DNA of 64,000 nucleotides from an uncultured Rhodospirillaceae bacterium (GCA_964499275.1 CAZCKO010000004.1:13418-77417), one strand, 5' to 3'; counted from the first letter of the stretch, positions 30,673 through 40,983 are shown. Notes: a model not told the origin generated them from the letters alone. A program made the numbers and translations.

Positions 30673-32151
30673 TTACCGCCCCTTCATCAGGTGGCCAAAC
30701 CTTTCCTCTGCCATTCGAGCTACTTCTGGACTTGGCGCATTAGACATTGGAAATTGATCTTGCCAATCAAATGGCCGACATGCATCGATAATAGCGACAG
30801 AATGAGTCATGTCACCGACTGCACGCTGTTGCGGAGTTAACATTGGATCTGCAGGAGAGTCCCATGCTCCTGTGATAAAGTCGATAGACCGTTTGGGGTC
30901 TGTTCTCACCATCATCGCCCAAATTAACTGATCAAGACGTGAGACGTCTATGTCTTCATCTGTGACGATAACATACTTTGAAGCATAGGCGGCAGCCCTG
31001 CATTGTGCCGCAATTTGACCTGCCTGGCGTGAATGTCCAGGATAGCGCTGTTTTATTGATACCCCATGTAACATTCGCGAGCCACCCGTTTCATGACACC
31101 AAACCTGCTGAATGTCGGGGACACCCGCGTCGATGATATTTTGTTTTAGCATTGCCGATCTCATAACGGCTCGGTATCGGGCAAGCTCATCGGGCCCTTG
31201 ACCCATTGGAGGTACGCCTAAAAGAATGGGGTCATTCCGGTGATATATTGCCTCTATTCGAAGTACTGTTCTGGGTTCTTTACCCCCAGCATAATGTCCT
31301 GTCCATTCGCCGAATGGGCCCTCTATCATGGTCTCATTTGGATCTACATAACCCTCCAATACGATCTCGGCATTGGCAGGAAAAGGCAGCCCCGTGACCT
31401 TACCCTCGACGAGCTGCATGGCTTTCCCCCTTAGGCCGCCAACGTAGTCTAACTCGAAGTCACCGTAAGGTGTCTCTGTTCCGCCGAAGTAAAAGGAAAG
31501 CGGGTCCCCACCGAGAACCATGCATACCGGCATTTTTGTTCCAGCCACCTTATATTTTTCACGATGAATGTAACCATGGTGTCCACGGGCTGTCAGGAAA
31601 CCTACTTCCTTTGGCCCGTGGACCTGAGCGCGATAGGCGCCCGCATTCAACCAACCTTCTTCAGGGTCTCTTGTCACGCTGTAGGTGCCAGTGCCGATAT
31701 AGCGACCTCCATCATTTTCATGCCAAATCGGAGCAGGGAATTTGGTTACGTCGATGTCATCGCCGGTCAGGATATTTTCAAATACTGGCCCATCGTCAAT
31801 AATTTCATGTTTAATCACTTTTTGATCTTCTAAAAAGTTCTCGCGATAGGCATTGGATAATTCCCACTTTGTTAAATGGTCGGGAAAGCCAAGCGTCATG
31901 TTACGACGAGTGCCAGCAAACATATTCATGAGTAAGCGGAAGCCCTTCGGACAACCCTCTACGTCTTCGAATACAACGCAAGGACCATTTTCTTCTCGTA
32001 AAACAGCTTCTGCTGCGAGGCCAATATCTTCGTGCCAGTTTGCGCCCTTCACGTATTCGACCTCTCCGAGGCGGTCCGCTAGAACTAACCACTCTCGTAA
32101 ATCTTCGTAGGCAATTTGGCCCGCATAATTGCTGCCTGACACTGTACTCAT
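30673..32151 (-). CDS. UbiD-family decarboxylase, paralog 2
   Basis: Homologous along its length to paralog 1 (WHEDIGLAAEAVL, GPFGEWTGHY). A GGAGGAAA RBS precedes the ATG at 32151; the upstream extension to 32235 is unlikely. Confidence 0.8.
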   Translation of the reverse strand: MSTVSGSNYAGQIAYEDLREWLVLADRLGEVEYVKGANWHEDIGLAAEAVLREENGPCVVFEDVEGCPKGFRLLMNMFAGTRRNMTLGFPDHLTKWELSNAYRENFLEDQKVIKHEIIDDGPVFENILTGDDIDVTKFPAPIWHENDGGRYIGTGTYSVTRDPEEGWLNAGAYRAQVHGPKEVGFLTARGHHGYIHREKYKVAGTKMPVCMVLGGDPLSFYFGGTETPYGDFELDYVGGLRGKAMQLVEGKVTGLPFPANAEIVLEGYVDPNETMIEGPFGEWTGHYAGGKEPRTVLRIEAIYHRNDPILLGVPPMGQGPDELARYRAVMRSAMLKQNIIDAGVPDIQQVWCHETGGSRMLHGVSIKQRYPGHSRQAGQIAAQCRAAAYASKYVIVTDEDIDVSRLDQLIWAMMVRTDPKRSIDFITGAWDSPADPMLTPQQRAVGDMTHSVAIIDACRPFDWQDQFPMSNAPSPEVARMAEERFGHLMKGR

Positions 32152-32369
32152 TGATTTCCTCCGCATTTCTGTTGAAAGGACTTTTACACGGTCAGGGCAA
32201 CGGAGCAAGCGGGCGTCCCTTGGTTTTGTATTCATTTGGATTTGACAAATTTAGGTCCATTTATCACCCTAATAATATGAAGTGCCTGACAGCCTAGGTC
32301 TAAATTATTATTTGAATTAACCTATTCTAATGTAGTTAAAATTTAACTCCGCGATTGGGAGGACACGGA

Positions 32370-33335
32370 ATGATTATCTATTCAGAACCTATGACAACGA
32401 GTGACCTTCCTGTAATTGATATTGGGCCCAGCTTCGCTGAGGATAAGATAGCCAGTGAAATAATTTCTAAGGAGATTGGCAAAGCATGCCAAGATACTGG
32501 TTTTTTTTATATTACAAATCACGGGGTTGATCAGGCTTTAATTGATGGAGCATTCAAAGCGACGAGCCGATTTTTTGATCAACCAGAAATTTGGAAAAAA
32601 AGATGGAATAAGCGAGGTTATTCTAACGGGTATGAACCGCCGGAAACACAAAGGCTTGATAATGAATCCCCGGGAGACATAAAAGAATCCTTTAACTTTA
32701 CAATGGGAAATATTCCGGGGACTGTCGGTTACAAAGAAAATATTTGGCCGGATAATTTTCCGGGATTTCGAGATCAATTGGAATCTTATAAAAAAGCGGT
32801 ATGGAAGGTAGGGCTTCAGGTGTCTCGTCTTATTTCTTTGTCACTGGGAATGCCGTTTGATTATTTTGATCCAACATTTTCGCAGCAAAAGTCACCGCTT
32901 CGCATCCTACGGTATCCTCCTCATCCTGAAGATACCGAATACAATCAATTGGGTTGTGGTGCTCATACCGACTGGGGATGGATAACCCTTTTGTTGCAAG
33001 ATACCGCGGGGGGCCTTGAAGTTGAAACAGCTTCGGGTGAGTGGGTTCGCGTTGAGCCAATTCCCGGCACATTTGTTGTAAATTTGGGAGATATAATGTT
33101 GCGTTGGACAAATTCCAAATACCACTCGAGCTTACACCGAGTGATGAATAATAATTCTGGGAGAAATCGTCATTCCATCGTTTTGTTTTTTAACCACGCG
33201 CATGATACCCATGTTGAGTGTCTTCCTAGTTGTCTCTCCGTCGGCGAAACACCAATCTTTTTGCCATGCACTGCTGGTGAGCATTCAACTCAACGCTATA
33301 AAGAATCGAGATCTAATTTAGGAATGACGAGTTGA
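32370..33335 (+). CDS. 2-oxoglutarate/Fe(II)-dependent oxygenase (isopenicillin N synthase-like family)
   Basis: N-terminal DIOX_N-like region (LPVIDIG...). 2OG-FeII_Oxy core with HxD...H (..CGAHTDWGWITLL.., ..SSLHRV..). GGGAGGA RBS before the ATG at 32370. Confidence 0.75.
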   Translation: MIIYSEPMTTSDLPVIDIGPSFAEDKIASEIISKEIGKACQDTGFFYITNHGVDQALIDGAFKATSRFFDQPEIWKKRWNKRGYSNGYEPPETQRLDNESPGDIKESFNFTMGNIPGTVGYKENIWPDNFPGFRDQLESYKKAVWKVGLQVSRLISLSLGMPFDYFDPTFSQQKSPLRILRYPPHPEDTEYNQLGCGAHTDWGWITLLLQDTAGGLEVETASGEWVRVEPIPGTFVVNLGDIMLRWTNSKYHSSLHRVMNNNSGRNRHSIVLFFNHAHDTHVECLPSCLSVGETPIFLPCTAGEHSTQRYKESRSNLGMTS

Positions 33336-33432
33336 ATTAGATAAATGATGGTCTCGTTGACTTGCCGTATAGTTGCGCCATCGAAGGGGCTGAGGCAAAG
33401 TGCGACTTATAATTGTGATTGGGTGAATTACT

Positions 33433-34977
33433 ATGTTAGACGGTTCTGATAATTCTACGTCATTAAAATTTGATGCTGAATATGATGTAATAGTTGTTGG
33501 CTATGGATATTCCGGTGGGATAGCTGCAATTGAAGCCTTTGATGCTGGCGCAAAAGTTTTGTTGCTTGATAAGATGGCCAATCCCGGGGGTATTTCCGTC
33601 TGTTCGTATGGAGCGATGCGCTCTGCTCATGATGCAAATGAAGCCTTTAAATATCTCGAAGCCACTAACGGTGGTCGTACGCCTTCATCAGTGAACCGAG
33701 CATTGGCGGATGGCATGGCACAAATAGAACGGTATATGAGAAAGTTAGCGGAGGTTAATGGTGCTGTTGTTAACCCCCGAGAAAAAGTTGCCAACTATCC
33801 TTTTGAAGGTTACGACACATTCTATCAAACATTGATTGAAGAAATACCGAATTTTGATCCAGCAACTTACTATCCGCATGTTCGAGGTGCTCCCGGTGGA
33901 GCAAGGGTATTTAAGACGCTTGAAGACAATGTAGCCCAACGTGATATCGATATTTGGCTTGAATCACCCGTTCAAAGGTTAGTTTATAAAACCGATGGAA
34001 CGAAGGAAATACAAGGTGCGGTAGTAGAGACAAAAAATGGCGTTTGTAAGGTAAAAGCGGGTAAAGCGGTGATATTGGCATGCGGTGGTTTTGAAGCAAA
34101 TGAGGAAATGAAACGGCAATATTGGCAGATGAAGCCAGTCCTCGCTGCAACTACTAATTCGAATACCGGGGATGGTATTCGAATGTCGCAGGAGTTGGGC
34201 GCTAAACTTTGGCACATGTGGCACTATCATGGTTCCTATGGTTTTGATCACCCAGAATACCCCTATGCTATTAGGATGAAACGCTTACCCGATTGGATTC
34301 CTGGTCGTGAAGCGACGGCGGTCGTACAAATGACGTGGATTGTCGTAGATAAATTTGGCAAACGCTATATGAATGAAAATCCACCCTACACTCAGGATAC
34401 TTCGCACAGACCAATGGAATACTACGATACTGTGACACAGGATTTTCCCCGGATTCCTTCATATGTAATTTTTGATGAAGTAGGTCGGCGCCGTTATCGG
34501 GTAGGCGCTCCAACAAGAAATGATCCGGATGCCCATTACGATTGGAGCGATGACAATATTCAGGAAATCGAGTCCGGGTTAATCCGTAAAGCTGATTCAA
34601 TATCAGAACTGGCAGAATTGATAGATATGGTTCCTGCGGAGCTTGAATCTACTCTTGCGCGGTGGAACGAAGTTTGTGCAACTAAGGATGATGTTGATTT
34701 CGGCCGTCCATCAGGGACTATGATGAAAATTCAGCGACCGCCATTTTATGCAGGGCAGGTTTGGCCTGTTGTTTCAAATACCCAGGGTGGCCCGGAACAT
34801 GATGCACAACAGCGTATCATTGATGTAGAAGACAACCCAATACCCAGACTTTATGCGGCGGGTGAGTTGGGTAGTGGTTGGGGCCATTTATACATGTCTG
34901 GTGGCAATCTCGCCGAATGCCTTGTGACAGGCCAAATTGCTGGCAAACAGGCTGCTGCATTAGATGCTTGGAGTTAG
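33433..34977 (+). CDS. FAD-dependent oxidoreductase (fumarate reductase/succinate dehydrogenase flavoprotein-like, KstD-like)
   Basis: N-terminal FAD dinucleotide-binding motif DVIVVGYGYSGGIAAIEAFDAGAKVLLLDK. C-terminal FAD_binding_2-like region. 514 aa. Confidence 0.75.
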   Translation: MLDGSDNSTSLKFDAEYDVIVVGYGYSGGIAAIEAFDAGAKVLLLDKMANPGGISVCSYGAMRSAHDANEAFKYLEATNGGRTPSSVNRALADGMAQIERYMRKLAEVNGAVVNPREKVANYPFEGYDTFYQTLIEEIPNFDPATYYPHVRGAPGGARVFKTLEDNVAQRDIDIWLESPVQRLVYKTDGTKEIQGAVVETKNGVCKVKAGKAVILACGGFEANEEMKRQYWQMKPVLAATTNSNTGDGIRMSQELGAKLWHMWHYHGSYGFDHPEYPYAIRMKRLPDWIPGREATAVVQMTWIVVDKFGKRYMNENPPYTQDTSHRPMEYYDTVTQDFPRIPSYVIFDEVGRRRYRVGAPTRNDPDAHYDWSDDNIQEIESGLIRKADSISELAELIDMVPAELESTLARWNEVCATKDDVDFGRPSGTMMKIQRPPFYAGQVWPVVSNTQGGPEHDAQQRIIDVEDNPIPRLYAAGELGSGWGHLYMSGGNLAECLVTGQIAGKQAAALDAWS

Positions 34978-35008
34978 CGGATATCAAAGGTCAGCGGTTA
35001 ATATTTTA

Positions 35009-35512
35009 TTATCCGTACCAATATAAGAATATGCCTGGATATAACTCGTACTGTAGTACTAATTCGAACAGTATATAAACGAAAACTAACGTCCCGATAG
35101 CAAGATATCCGCTTTCGCGAATAGAGTATCCGCCCCGATATTTCATCCAGCAATAAACGAATATTGGGGTACAGGGTAAAAATCCTACCAAATAAATACT
35201 TAAAACGAGAGTACCCATCCATGCGAAGATCTTCAGTTCTTGCCCTACGGTGCGGACAGTCTTATCTGCATCTTCGTCCACCTCCTCTGGGGTTTTAGCA
35301 GAAAAGATAACGGAGATTTTTTCCCCCACTTTGCTGTCAGTAAGCGCTATCAAATCTAAAATCAGTAAGGGTAACGCAATGTAACCTACCAAAAGAGGAA
35401 ACATCCGATCAGTGATCTTGTATTGATAACTGGTTACGATAAATAAAACCACTACAGCCAAGGTTATTAAAATATAATAGGCAGAAGCACGTCGATGGCT
35501 TGGAATTCTCAT
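35009..35512 (-). CDS. tctB: Tripartite tricarboxylate transporter TctB-family small membrane subunit
   Basis: 167 aa, 4-TM protein immediately downstream of tctA with a 4-bp overlap. Confidence 0.55.
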   Translation of the reverse strand: MRIPSHRRASAYYILITLAVVVLFIVTSYQYKITDRMFPLLVGYIALPLLILDLIALTDSKVGEKISVIFSAKTPEEVDEDADKTVRTVGQELKIFAWMGTLVLSIYLVGFLPCTPIFVYCWMKYRGGYSIRESGYLAIGTLVFVYILFELVLQYELYPGIFLYWYG

Positions 35513-37020
35513 TGTGAGTTCTCCTCTTTTGCTATCCGTCGTTCCTTCATCTTGCGCTTTAAGGTTGGAAAGCCCAGGCTAAGAATGGTCAAAATCATTA
35601 AAAATACCGAGAGCCATCTGGTATAAAAAATCGACCATTGGTCATCAGAAATCAGCATTGATTGATGAAAACTCAATTCAGTAATACTTCCCAAAACTAT
35701 CGCTATGGTAAAAGTCACTCTTGGATAGTTAAAGCGGATCATAAAGTAACCAATAAAGGCAAATATAAAGGCTATAACGACGTCACCTATTTCTGTGTTC
35801 AATGCGAAGGCTCCGACAAAGGCGATAATCGTTACCGTTGGTATTAGCATATGCACACTGATTCGAGTTAATAACACCATGTATTTTGCTAGACAGAGGA
35901 CTACCAGAGTTGCAAATACAGCAGAAGCTGTTAGGGCAACTACTAACGTAAAGACCAGGTCTTGATGATCCTCAAGAAGTTTTTGTCCCGGTTCAATACC
36001 GTGCAAAATCAGGACACCTAGGAATACCGCTGTTTCAGCACTACCGGGAATTCCAAAGGCAAGGGTGGGTATCAGAGACCCTCCATCTTTAGCATTATTA
36101 GCTGACTCGGGTGCAATGACGCCCTTTATGTTGCCTTTACCATATTCAATGTCAGGAGTCGGGTCACGTTGTGCTTGAGTTGAATAGCTTAAGAAGGCGG
36201 CAACGGTGCCTCCAACCCCGGGAACTGCCCCGATAAAGGTTCCATAACCTGAGCCTATTAACGTAGTAGACCAATTCTTAAAGACTGATTTTATACCGTC
36301 AGAAATCCGGCTGATTTTAACATCAGAAGTATCCTCTGAAATCGATCCTCCCTTAACTGCAAGGTTGATCATTTCGGAAATCGCGAATAATCCAATAAGA
36401 GCGGGCACCAGTTTTATGCCGTCTTCCAGAAGCGGAATACCAAAATCATACCTTACGGTGCTCGTAACGTCGTAATAGCCAACGAACCCAACCATTAATC
36501 CGACAATTGCAGTTATAAGACCCTGAAGTAGTCGGTCACCTGAAGAAACCGCGATTGCACAAAGGCCAAAAATTGCAAGCATAAAAAATTCTGGAGGGGT
36601 GAAAAGAAGCACAATGGCTTTCATAATCGGGATGACAGCAACTAAAGAAATAACCCCAATTACGCCACCGAGTGCGGATGCTGTAGCGCCTGCTCCGATT
36701 GCCATACCGGCTTTTCCCTGTTGTGCCAGCGGGTAACCATCAAATGTGGTTGCAGCATTTGGGGCAATGCCCGGTGTATTGAGTAGTATTGCGCTTACGG
36801 AGCCCCCCGTTGAGGTCGCTGCCATGACACCACCCATTAAAATTATAGCCTGCCACGGCTCCATACCAAAAGTTAGAGGGATAAGAAGCGCAACGGCGGT
36901 TGTTCCCCCAAGACCTGGAATTGCACCAAATAGTAATCCGACAGCTGAGCCTGCTGCTAATAACAGTAGCGAATGTGGTGTACTAAGATTAACAATGCCT
37001 TCAATTAATGCTTCAAACAC
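35509..37020 (-). CDS. tctA: Tripartite tricarboxylate transporter TctA-family large permease (GTG start)
   Basis: N-terminus MFEALIEGIVNL...GAIPGLGGTTAVALLIPLTFGM is typical of TctA. 503 aa. Confidence 0.85.
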   Translation of the reverse strand: MFEALIEGIVNLSTPHSLLLLAAGSAVGLLFGAIPGLGGTTAVALLIPLTFGMEPWQAIILMGGVMAATSTGGSVSAILLNTPGIAPNAATTFDGYPLAQQGKAGMAIGAGATASALGGVIGVISLVAVIPIMKAIVLLFTPPEFFMLAIFGLCAIAVSSGDRLLQGLITAIVGLMVGFVGYYDVTSTVRYDFGIPLLEDGIKLVPALIGLFAISEMINLAVKGGSISEDTSDVKISRISDGIKSVFKNWSTTLIGSGYGTFIGAVPGVGGTVAAFLSYSTQAQRDPTPDIEYGKGNIKGVIAPESANNAKDGGSLIPTLAFGIPGSAETAVFLGVLILHGIEPGQKLLEDHQDLVFTLVVALTASAVFATLVVLCLAKYMVLLTRISVHMLIPTVTIIAFVGAFALNTEIGDVVIAFIFAFIGYFMIRFNYPRVTFTIAIVLGSITELSFHQSMLISDDQWSIFYTRWLSVFLMILTILSLGFPTLKRKMKERRIAKEENSQ

Positions 37021-37132
37021 GGACTTCCCTGCTCCCCGGTGATGTGTTTTAACTTTATCCTATTATTATAATTGTCTGGCGCCAGATATCACCCACGTTT
37101 CCAACGCGTTTTAAGTTGTTCAAAGGATGAAA

Positions 37133-37165
37133 GGAGGTGGCAGATACGTTAATACCCGCCACCTC
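37133..37165 (-). terminator. GC-rich stem-loop (8-bp stem GAGGUGGC/GCCACCUC, 16-nt loop) between tctC and tctA; possible intra-operon attenuator
   Basis: Inverted repeat ggaggtggc(37133-41)...gccacctc(37158-65) read directly from the sequence. On the - strand it lies just 3' of the tctC stop and is followed by CUUUCAUCCUUUG. Confidence 0.35.
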
Positions 37166-37172
37166 TAGAGGA

Positions 37173-38177
37173 TCAACGTGTTTTTTTGTTACTGGCAGCG
37201 AGAACGTCCTTATACTTAGAATAGTATGTGACCAACTCACCTACGAGTTTTGTTGCATCTGCAGAATTCAAAGGAGACACCGGACGTCCCACTTTTTTAC
37301 CCCAAGCAACAAATTCCGGATCAGTTACAGACTTGTATAGTGCGTTCGCTAACTTGTCTTTAATTGCCTTTGGTGTTCCGGGAGTAGTTCCTACGATGCG
37401 GTCGCCACCTAAAATTGCTAAGTCTTTGTGGCCCATTTCACCGGTCGTTGGGACACCATATTGTGACTTACCGTTCGTTATTTCTAGGATAGGCCTTAAG
37501 TCTTTAAATTTTTGACGCTTCTTCTTTTTACTGCTGATGTATTTTTGAAAAGTCCCCTTTGCAAGAATGGTCAGGTCACCATCTCCCCGGACCACTGCAA
37601 GAGCATATCGAGGAGCGGATTTGTATCCTGTTATGTATTTAGGCTTAAGTCCTAATGCATTCCATAAGATGGAGCTTGCAAGAAAACCCGTCGTACCAGG
37701 ACCTGTTATTGGAATTTTAATCTGGTTTTTGGATTTTAGTACATCCTGAATAGATTTATATTTACCTTTTTTACCACTGGTTACGATTAAGTAGCGGAAT
37801 TGTGCTACGCGGCCTAACCAGTCTATCTTGCGAACATCATAGCCTGCCTTTTCACCAATGATATTGGGCATGGCGTGTCCGGGCATGTTAAACATCAAAA
37901 TATGAGATCCGTCTGGCTTTCGCTTGGCAATGAAAGCTGCCGCTTTCTTACCTCGGCCTCCAGGCAGATTTTTTGCAATGATATTGACCTTACCACCGAG
38001 GTTCTTCTTTAGGTACGGTGCTAATTTTCTTGTAATGGTGTCAAAACCGCCACCCGGACCGTAGGCGATTAAAAATGTTATATTTTTTTTTGGAAAATCA
38101 ACCGCTTTTGAAGGTGTGCCTACTACCGTGGCCACAGCACTCAAGGCAACTACGCCCATAGCAAATTTACTAAACAT
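37173..38177 (-). CDS. tctC: Tripartite tricarboxylate transporter substrate-binding protein TctC (Bug family)
   Basis: Signal peptide MFSKFAMGVVALSAVATVVG followed by a Bug/TctC-type periplasmic binding fold. 334 aa. Confidence 0.8.
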   Translation of the reverse strand: MFSKFAMGVVALSAVATVVGTPSKAVDFPKKNITFLIAYGPGGGFDTITRKLAPYLKKNLGGKVNIIAKNLPGGRGKKAAAFIAKRKPDGSHILMFNMPGHAMPNIIGEKAGYDVRKIDWLGRVAQFRYLIVTSGKKGKYKSIQDVLKSKNQIKIPITGPGTTGFLASSILWNALGLKPKYITGYKSAPRYALAVVRGDGDLTILAKGTFQKYISSKKKKRQKFKDLRPILEITNGKSQYGVPTTGEMGHKDLAILGGDRIVGTTPGTPKAIKDKLANALYKSVTDPEFVAWGKKVGRPVSPLNSADATKLVGELVTYYSKYKDVLAASNKKTR

Positions 38178-38395
38178 AAAATACCTCCCTGATATTTCAT
38201 TTGCTCCTTTTATTATTTTTGGAGCATTTAATGTAACTAACGGTCTTTAGTCTAGACGAACTGAATTGTCCTGTTAACCCGGAAATGAATAAAATATATA
38301 GAATGTCAGAACACTTGGGCTCGTTTCACACTCCAAATGAGTGTTATCATTCAGTTAAAAGCTTTGTAAGCTACGTTGGTGTTAGTGAGATCATA

Positions 38396-39241
38396 ATGGC
38401 GAATGTAAAACCAAATCTGGATATTGTACCGACACACCCCGCAGTTGGGGCGAGGGTTACTGGTGTTGATTTGAGCAAACCCGTCAGCGAAGGCCTGGCT
38501 CAACAGATGCGTAATATTTTTATTCAATACTCCGTTCTATGTTTTCCAGATCAGGACATTACTAATGATCATCAGGCTGATTTTGCTAAAATTTTTGGTC
38601 ACGCTGATACAGCCGACCGGAGTACGGGAGATCCCGATAATAAGCAGTCCAAACGCGGGGTTATGTATGTAAGTAATATTCGGGAAGATGGTAAGTTAAT
38701 AGGCGTTCTTCCCGATGGAGAGATGCATTTCCATTCAGATGGTGCACACCGAGAGAAGCCTTACAGGGCCACCACGCTTTTTGCTTTGGAGGTACCCTCG
38801 ATTGGTGGTGAGACAAAGTTTTCTGCCATGGCGGCGGCATATGAGGCGTTAACAAAACCTCAGCGGTCTAGTCTGGAAAACCTGCAAGCGCGTCACGTTT
38901 TTAACTATAACAAAACTACTCGCGAAGAGATGCGTCGGGATAAAGATGTTTCATATGCCATCCACCCTCTGGTTAAAATTCATCCAGATTCAGGAAGGAA
39001 GTCACTTTATTTAAGCCGTTTAATGACAAGTGATATTATTGGTATGGCGACAGAAGAAAGTGAAAATTTATTAATCAAGCTATTTGCCCACTGTGAAAAA
39101 TCAGAATTTGTTTACGAGCACAAATGGGTTCCGGGCGATCTCGTGATTTGGGATAATCGCAGTGTCAACCATGCTAGAAATGATTTTCCTGGTGATCAGC
39201 GTCGATTACTTCGACGTTATACAATATCCGAACCGAACTAA
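38396..39241 (+). CDS. TauD/TfdA-family Fe(II)/2OG dioxygenase
   Basis: HxD motif (..MHFHSDGAH..) and C-terminal ..WDNRSVNHAR..RRL..RYTI.. typical of TauD/TfdA. The internal ATG at 38396 gives the family-typical length of about 281 aa. Confidence 0.75.
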   Translation: MANVKPNLDIVPTHPAVGARVTGVDLSKPVSEGLAQQMRNIFIQYSVLCFPDQDITNDHQADFAKIFGHADTADRSTGDPDNKQSKRGVMYVSNIREDGKLIGVLPDGEMHFHSDGAHREKPYRATTLFALEVPSIGGETKFSAMAAAYEALTKPQRSSLENLQARHVFNYNKTTREEMRRDKDVSYAIHPLVKIHPDSGRKSLYLSRLMTSDIIGMATEESENLLIKLFAHCEKSEFVYEHKWVPGDLVIWDNRSVNHARNDFPGDQRRLLRRYTISEPN

Positions 39242-39253
39242 TGAAATTTTTAG

Positions 39254-40096
39254 TTAGTCAAACCTATCGACCGTCATGTTTCCGAGTTCACGAACTTTAG
39301 CACGATATGCTTGGACGGCTTGCTTGTGGCGAACGGTATTACCTATATCATCTTCAGCAATAGGCGCTAATTCGTGATCAAAATTTCCAAATAGGTCTTT
39401 TCCGCGCACTAGCAAAGCGCTGGTCCGGGTTTCACCTAATTGTTTCAGATATGGCGGATGATAAATAAATGTGATGCCCATTCGTCGGTCTTTACCCTTG
39501 TTTGGAGAAGAACCATGAACCAGGAACGCGTGATGAATTGATGCCTCACCAGGCTGCAGTATCGCCGATACGGGGTCAGTGACGTCGTCGCTTATATCCA
39601 CATTTTGCCCACTCGACAGCATGTTTCCTTGCCTGGTGTCCGGCGTTTTTAGGTTCCGCAATCCACTTTTATGGGAGGTTGGCATAAAACGCATGCAACC
39701 ACTTTTCTCGTTAGCAGGAGAAAGAGCTATCCAGGCGGTTAAAACTTGGCACGGTTTATGCCCAAAGTAAGTATTGTCTTGGTGCCAACTAACGTAGGCA
39801 TCATCATTAGGCTCCTTTATCCACGCTGTGTTGTGATAAACCATTATGTCGGGTCCAATAAGGTCCTCAACTGTATCAAGTAATTTAGGGTGGGTTGCCA
39901 TTTCGAAAGCCCACGGAAATCGCAAATAAAATTTTGTTTGTCCAATACCGCGAAAAAAATCGCCCATTGTTGATTCGGTGTTTTCTACATGTGTACGGTA
40001 TTTGGTTACCTCATCACGATCTAAAATTTGGACCGGAGTGACGAACCCATTTTGTCTATATCCTGCTATCTGGCTTTCGTTCAAAACCTTAGGCAA
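39254..40096 (-). CDS. Phytanoyl-CoA dioxygenase (PhyH) family Fe(II)/2OG oxygenase
   Basis: N-terminus LNESQIAGYRQNGFVTPVQILDRDEV and ..WHQD..H.. are typical of the PhyH family. 280 aa. Confidence 0.75.
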   Translation of the reverse strand: MPKVLNESQIAGYRQNGFVTPVQILDRDEVTKYRTHVENTESTMGDFFRGIGQTKFYLRFPWAFEMATHPKLLDTVEDLIGPDIMVYHNTAWIKEPNDDAYVSWHQDNTYFGHKPCQVLTAWIALSPANEKSGCMRFMPTSHKSGLRNLKTPDTRQGNMLSSGQNVDISDDVTDPVSAILQPGEASIHHAFLVHGSSPNKGKDRRMGITFIYHPPYLKQLGETRTSALLVRGKDLFGNFDHELAPIAEDDIGNTVRHKQAVQAYRAKVRELGNMTVDRFD

Positions 40097-40123
40097 TGCG
40101 TCCTCCCCATTTAAGGGTTAGTT

Positions 40124-40897
40124 TTATTGAGACTGCAGAAACGTCCTAAGAACCTCAGTAAACTCTTCGGGACGATCGATTGTTGATAAGTGTCCAGCGC
40201 CATCAATAATTTTTATTTCTGAGCCAGAAATTCCGTCACGTATAAATTCTGATTCCGTAATTGGACTAGTTTCATCGGCCTGCCCGGCAATAATCAATGT
40301 CGGTTCCGTAACCAGTTTGAGGTCGCTGCTAGCATCATAAGTTAGCAACGCACGAATGGTACTGACATAAGATTTTGGCGGGCATTTAGATATCTCCTGT
40401 GCGAGTTCATCTAGCTTTTCGATAGGGGTAGTGGGCATTAACTGATCACCAGCATACTGGCTACCAAATTCAAGCATCGAAAGGTAGGCGACCGCTTCTT
40501 GAGTCGCATAAATACGATCTTCTGACCCTTCGCGTAGGCGGGCAAAGCTGTTTGCAAGGGTCATGGAAAGGGCTACGTCTGGATACAGTCTGTTAAAACA
40601 CAGCCCAATTGGACCTCCCATAGAGAGACCCACCAGATGGCAGCTGTCTACGTTGAGTTGATCCAGCACAGCTTTTAAGTCAGCGGCACATTCTTCTATC
40701 GAGAAACTCCCATTAAAAGAGGAGGCGCCATGACCGCGGCAATCGGGTACTATACAGCGGAAATTGGCTTTGAGGTCAGCAACCTGGTCAAGAAACAAGT
40801 AACTATTCGTACCCATCGAGTGGATAAATAGTATAGCAGGGCCATCACCCTCATCCACGAAGAATATTTTTTCACCGTTGGCTTCAATCGTTGGCAT
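40124..40897 (-). CDS. Alpha/beta-fold hydrolase
   Basis: Nucleophile elbow GLSMGG. Catalytic Asp/His context in 257 aa. Confidence 0.75.
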   Translation of the reverse strand: MPTIEANGEKIFFVDEGDGPAILFIHSMGTNSYLFLDQVADLKANFRCIVPDCRGHGASSFNGSFSIEECAADLKAVLDQLNVDSCHLVGLSMGGPIGLCFNRLYPDVALSMTLANSFARLREGSEDRIYATQEAVAYLSMLEFGSQYAGDQLMPTTPIEKLDELAQEISKCPPKSYVSTIRALLTYDASSDLKLVTEPTLIIAGQADETSPITESEFIRDGISGSEIKIIDGAGHLSTIDRPEEFTEVLRTFLQSQ

Positions 40898-40983
40898 AAG
40901 CTGACCTTCAAGGTGTAATGTCTAAATCAAATAATAGCTAAAACCTAACACTGGTGGGTTATCCGCGAAACCCTCACAGAATT

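Noticed and set aside
37137-37340. 67-aa + strand ORF preceded by a textbook AAGGAGGTG Shine-Dalgarno-like sequence
   Set aside because: The SD-like string is one arm of the tctC-tctA intergenic hairpin. The ORF is antisense to tctC with no spacing between the SD and the GTG start.
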